Shown here: positions 58,208-60,543 of the stretch, in pieces | Numbering within the stretch: position 1 is the stretch's first letter | How the letters are laid out: each line of letters begins with the position of its first letter | The notes under the pieces: generated by a model | What the model was told of the DNA's origin: nothing | Database searches by the model: none | Seen by the model: the letters and a program-made list of their open reading frames with translations, nothing else | Assembly (NCBI GenBank): GCA_007126515.1 | Contig: SLBD01000004.1 | Span: 1 to 60,543 of the forward strand | From: Kiritimatiellia bacterium | GTDB taxonomy: Bacteria; Verrucomicrobiota; Kiritimatiellia; SLAD01 | Direction: 5' to 3' | DNA length: 60,543 nt | Translations under genes and position numbers: made by a program

Positions 58208-59094
58208 GCGATTTGGAAACCATTCCTGAATTAAAACAAATTCTGGGCGCGATGCTGTTTGCCGCGCGCGAGCCTGTATCGTTGCATCAGTTCCGCCATG
58301 TATTGGAACAGACGGCCGAGCAATACGGTGGGTTTGCCAAGGATTTTGCTGAAGCCACGGACGAAATGATTGTTGAAGCAGTCAAACAACTCAATGAGGA
58401 CCTGACCCAACATGCGCTGGGCATCCATGTTCGCGAGGTGGCCAATGGGTTCCGACTGGTGAACGATGCCAACTGCGGGCCGTGGTTGCGTATTCTTCTG
58501 GAAAAAGGAAAAGCAACCCGCCTATCGCGACCGGCACTTGAAACTCTGGCTATTATTGCCTACCGTCAACCGGTGGTGCGTTCGGAAATTGAAGCAGTCC
58601 GTGGGGTGGCGGTCGACCAGATTATCCGTAATTTACTGGATCTGCAGCTGATCCGAGTGGTGGGGCGCAGTGACTTGCCGGGGCGGCCGTGGCTGTTTGG
58701 CACAACGCAGAAATTCTTGGAGCATTTTGGCATCAAGTCGCTCAACGACCTGCCCGGCACAAAAGAACTACGGCGCTTGGAAGCAGAGCAAATCAAGCGT
58801 CAACGTCAGGAAGAGTTGCCTATGACCGACGCATCGAACGATGGCGAGGCGGTGGACACGCGGGAAGATGACGAGCCGGAATCGACGGACGGAAACGGCG
58901 CGGAAGAGGCCGAAGATGATACGGACCACCAACTCGGCGAAACCGATGACATCATCGAGGAGCAAGACATCAGTGAAGGCGTTGAAGAATCAAGCGAAGA
59001 CGCGTTCGAAGACGATGAAGAATTTGATGATGATGAAGAATTCGACGAAGAGGACGAGGATGATGGCGACGAAGAGGATGAAGAACGAAAATGA
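58204..59094 (+). CDS. scpB: segregation and condensation protein B with ~95-aa poly-acidic C-terminal extension
   Basis: ILGAMLFAAREPVSL... and RLSRPALETLAIIAYRQPVVRSEIEAVRGV are ScpB winged-helix motifs. The tail from about residue 200 is D/E-rich. It has an ATGA overlap with scpA. Confidence 0.9.
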   Translation: MSDLETIPELKQILGAMLFAAREPVSLHQFRHVLEQTAEQYGGFAKDFAEATDEMIVEAVKQLNEDLTQHALGIHVREVANGFRLVNDANCGPWLRILLEKGKATRLSRPALETLAIIAYRQPVVRSEIEAVRGVAVDQIIRNLLDLQLIRVVGRSDLPGRPWLFGTTQKFLEHFGIKSLNDLPGTKELRRLEAEQIKRQRQEELPMTDASNDGEAVDTREDDEPESTDGNGAEEAEDDTDHQLGETDDIIEEQDISEGVEESSEDAFEDDEEFDDDEEFDEEDEDDGDEEDEERK

Positions 59095-60167
59095 GCTTGG
59101 ATCAATTACGACAGCGAATTGATGAGTTGGACGCAGAGTTAGTACGGCTCTTGAACGAGCGTACACGGGCGGCGATGGATATTGGTCGCGTCAAGCAGGA
59201 GTCCGGTGCCGAGATTTATGTGCCAGCCCGCGAAAAGGCGGTGCTGGACCGAGTCACCTCTTTAAACAAAGGGCCTCTGCATAACACCTCCGTCACAGCG
59301 ATCTATCGTGAGATTATGTCCGCCTCCTTGGCGCTGGAACACAACATCAAGATTGCCTACCTAGGACCACAGGCGACATTCACGCATCAGGCTGCCCGGT
59401 CGCGGTTTGGCGCCAGCGTGACCTATGAGGCGTGCCAAACCATTGCTGATGTTTTCGTTGCGGTTCAAAAGCAGGAGGCCGATTATGGCGTCATTCCGAT
59501 CGAGAATTCGACGGAAGGCGCAGTGACCCATACGCTGGACGAATTCCTCAGCACGCCGCTGAAAATATGTGCGGAAATTTTCCTATCGATCTCGCATCAC
59601 ATGATGGCTGCGGTTCCCCGCGACGAAATCCGCAAGCTGTACAGTTATCCGCAGGTCTTTGGCCAATGCCGCCAATGGCTGCATGATCATATGCCGGACG
59701 CGGACCTGGTGGCCGTATCCAGTACAGCTCGTGCGGCTGAAATGGCCATGCAGGAACCGAAGTCCGGCGCACTCGCCAGCGAATTGGCGGCTGAACTATA
59801 CGGCCTGTCGATTTTGGACCGCAACATTCAGGATTTGGTCGGCAACACGACCCGATTTCTAGTGGTCGGCAAGACGTATGGAGAAGCTACGGGCTATGAT
59901 AAGACCTCTTTATGTTTCGGTGTGCGCCATCAAGCCGGAGCGCTTTGCGCCGTGCTCGATGTTTTGCGCGCCCACGGATTGAACATGACGAAAATTGAGT
60001 CACGCCCCAGCAAATCACGTCAATGGGAGTATATATTCTTTGTCGATGTGGAAGGGCATGCGACGGACGAGAAGGTCAAGGGTGCGCTGGATGCTCTTGC
60101 CGATCACTGCGCGGTTCTCACCGTCCTGGGCTCCTACCCACGCGGACGCTCACTGGAGGCAGAATAG
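59091..60167 (+). CDS. pheA: bifunctional chorismate mutase / prephenate dehydratase (P-protein)
   Basis: The CM helix is LRQRIDELDAELVRLLNERT. PDT motifs are AYLGPQATFTHQAA and GNTTRFLVVG. The ACT region is KIESRPSK. Confidence 0.9.
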   Translation: MSLDQLRQRIDELDAELVRLLNERTRAAMDIGRVKQESGAEIYVPAREKAVLDRVTSLNKGPLHNTSVTAIYREIMSASLALEHNIKIAYLGPQATFTHQAARSRFGASVTYEACQTIADVFVAVQKQEADYGVIPIENSTEGAVTHTLDEFLSTPLKICAEIFLSISHHMMAAVPRDEIRKLYSYPQVFGQCRQWLHDHMPDADLVAVSSTARAAEMAMQEPKSGALASELAAELYGLSILDRNIQDLVGNTTRFLVVGKTYGEATGYDKTSLCFGVRHQAGALCAVLDVLRAHGLNMTKIESRPSKSRQWEYIFFVDVEGHATDEKVKGALDALADHCAVLTVLGSYPRGRSLEAE

Positions 60168-60187
60168 TGGTTACGCCAAATGAATGG

Positions 60188-60543
60188 ATGAAGACATTGC
60201 CCAGCTATGAGCCGGGCCGACCGTTGGAGGAAGTCGCCCGCGAACTAGGGCTGGATGGCATCGATGAGATGATCAAATTGGCCTCCAACGAGAATTCCTT
60301 GGGGCCTTCACCGCGAGCAGTCGAAGCGATGCGCAAAGAAGCCGAGCGGATGCATCTGTATCCAGACGGCGGTGCTTACTATTTAAAGCAAGCCCTGGCC
60401 AAGCAGCTACAGGTGTCACCCAACCAAATCATTCCTGGCAATGGCAGCAATGAACTCATCGAATTGCTGGGCCATGTGTTCCTTTCTCCGGGTGATCAAA
60501 TCGTCATGTCAGAATGTGCGTTTGTGGTCTACAAGTTGGTGGC
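60188..60543 (+). CDS. hisC: histidinol-phosphate/aromatic aminotransferase, 5' partial (runs off the window)
   Basis: This open frame is not in the ORF track because it has no stop. It translates to ...LPSYEPGRPLEEVARELG...IKLASNENSLGPSP...LYPDGGAYYLKQALA...PGNGSNELIELL, typical of HisC. An alternative GTG start at 60167 overlaps the pheA stop. Confidence 0.75.
   Translation, partial: MKTLPSYEPGRPLEEVARELGLDGIDEMIKLASNENSLGPSPRAVEAMRKEAERMHLYPDGGAYYLKQALAKQLQVSPNQIIPGNGSNELIELLGHVFLSPGDQIVMSECAFVVYKLV

Noticed and set aside
58806-59105. 99-aa poly-Ser ORF on the minus strand
   Set aside because: It is the antisense of the GAA/GAT-rich acidic tail of scpB.

Overview
This is a 60,543-bp chromosomal segment from a diderm bacterium, judged from beta-barrel OMP-like ORFs, TatA, an AsmA-like protein and lipoprotein-type signals. 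It is moderately GC-rich by eye, with a few sharply AT-rich intergenic islands. I can support about 50 protein-coding genes, one tRNA-Arg(UCU) hidden under an over-extended ORF, a few intrinsic terminators, a sigma-54-type promoter in front of amtB-glnK, and three families of intergenic repeats. Gene content is mainly housekeeping. Nitrogen and PTS-Ntr genes: ptsP, amtB, glnK. DNA transactions: recN, dnaG, scpA, scpB. Translation: fusA-like EF-G, prmA, pheS, trpS. Amino-acid and purine metabolism: class I aminotransferase, TrpB2-type tryptophan synthase beta, gcvP, purE, purK, pheA, hisC, class I fumarase, hydantoinase/oxoprolinase A and B subunits. Envelope functions: porin-like OMPs, MscS, MsbA-like ABC exporter, a GldA/F/G-like ABC operon with DUF4340 and AsmA-like genes, and TatA. 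The only classic accessory modules are two type II toxin-antitoxin pairs. I saw no integrase, transposase, cas or phage genes. The most unusual signal is not a gene. It is a 15-nt palindrome, TTCCAYTCAATGGAA, flanked by T and A runs, present 10 times. Five copies at exactly 31-bp phase fill the divergent region upstream of trpB2. Four copies at exactly 31-bp phase run into the pheS start codon. One inverted copy sits between the convergent stop codons of an SDR/DUF2867 gene and gcvP. I do not recognise this element or its architecture and rank it as the best candidate for something undescribed; it could be a regulatory operator array, a leader-RNA hairpin array, a DnaA-box-like cluster, or a new REP-like family. 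All product names come from motif-level recognition of the supplied translations. No database search, folding or statistics could be run.
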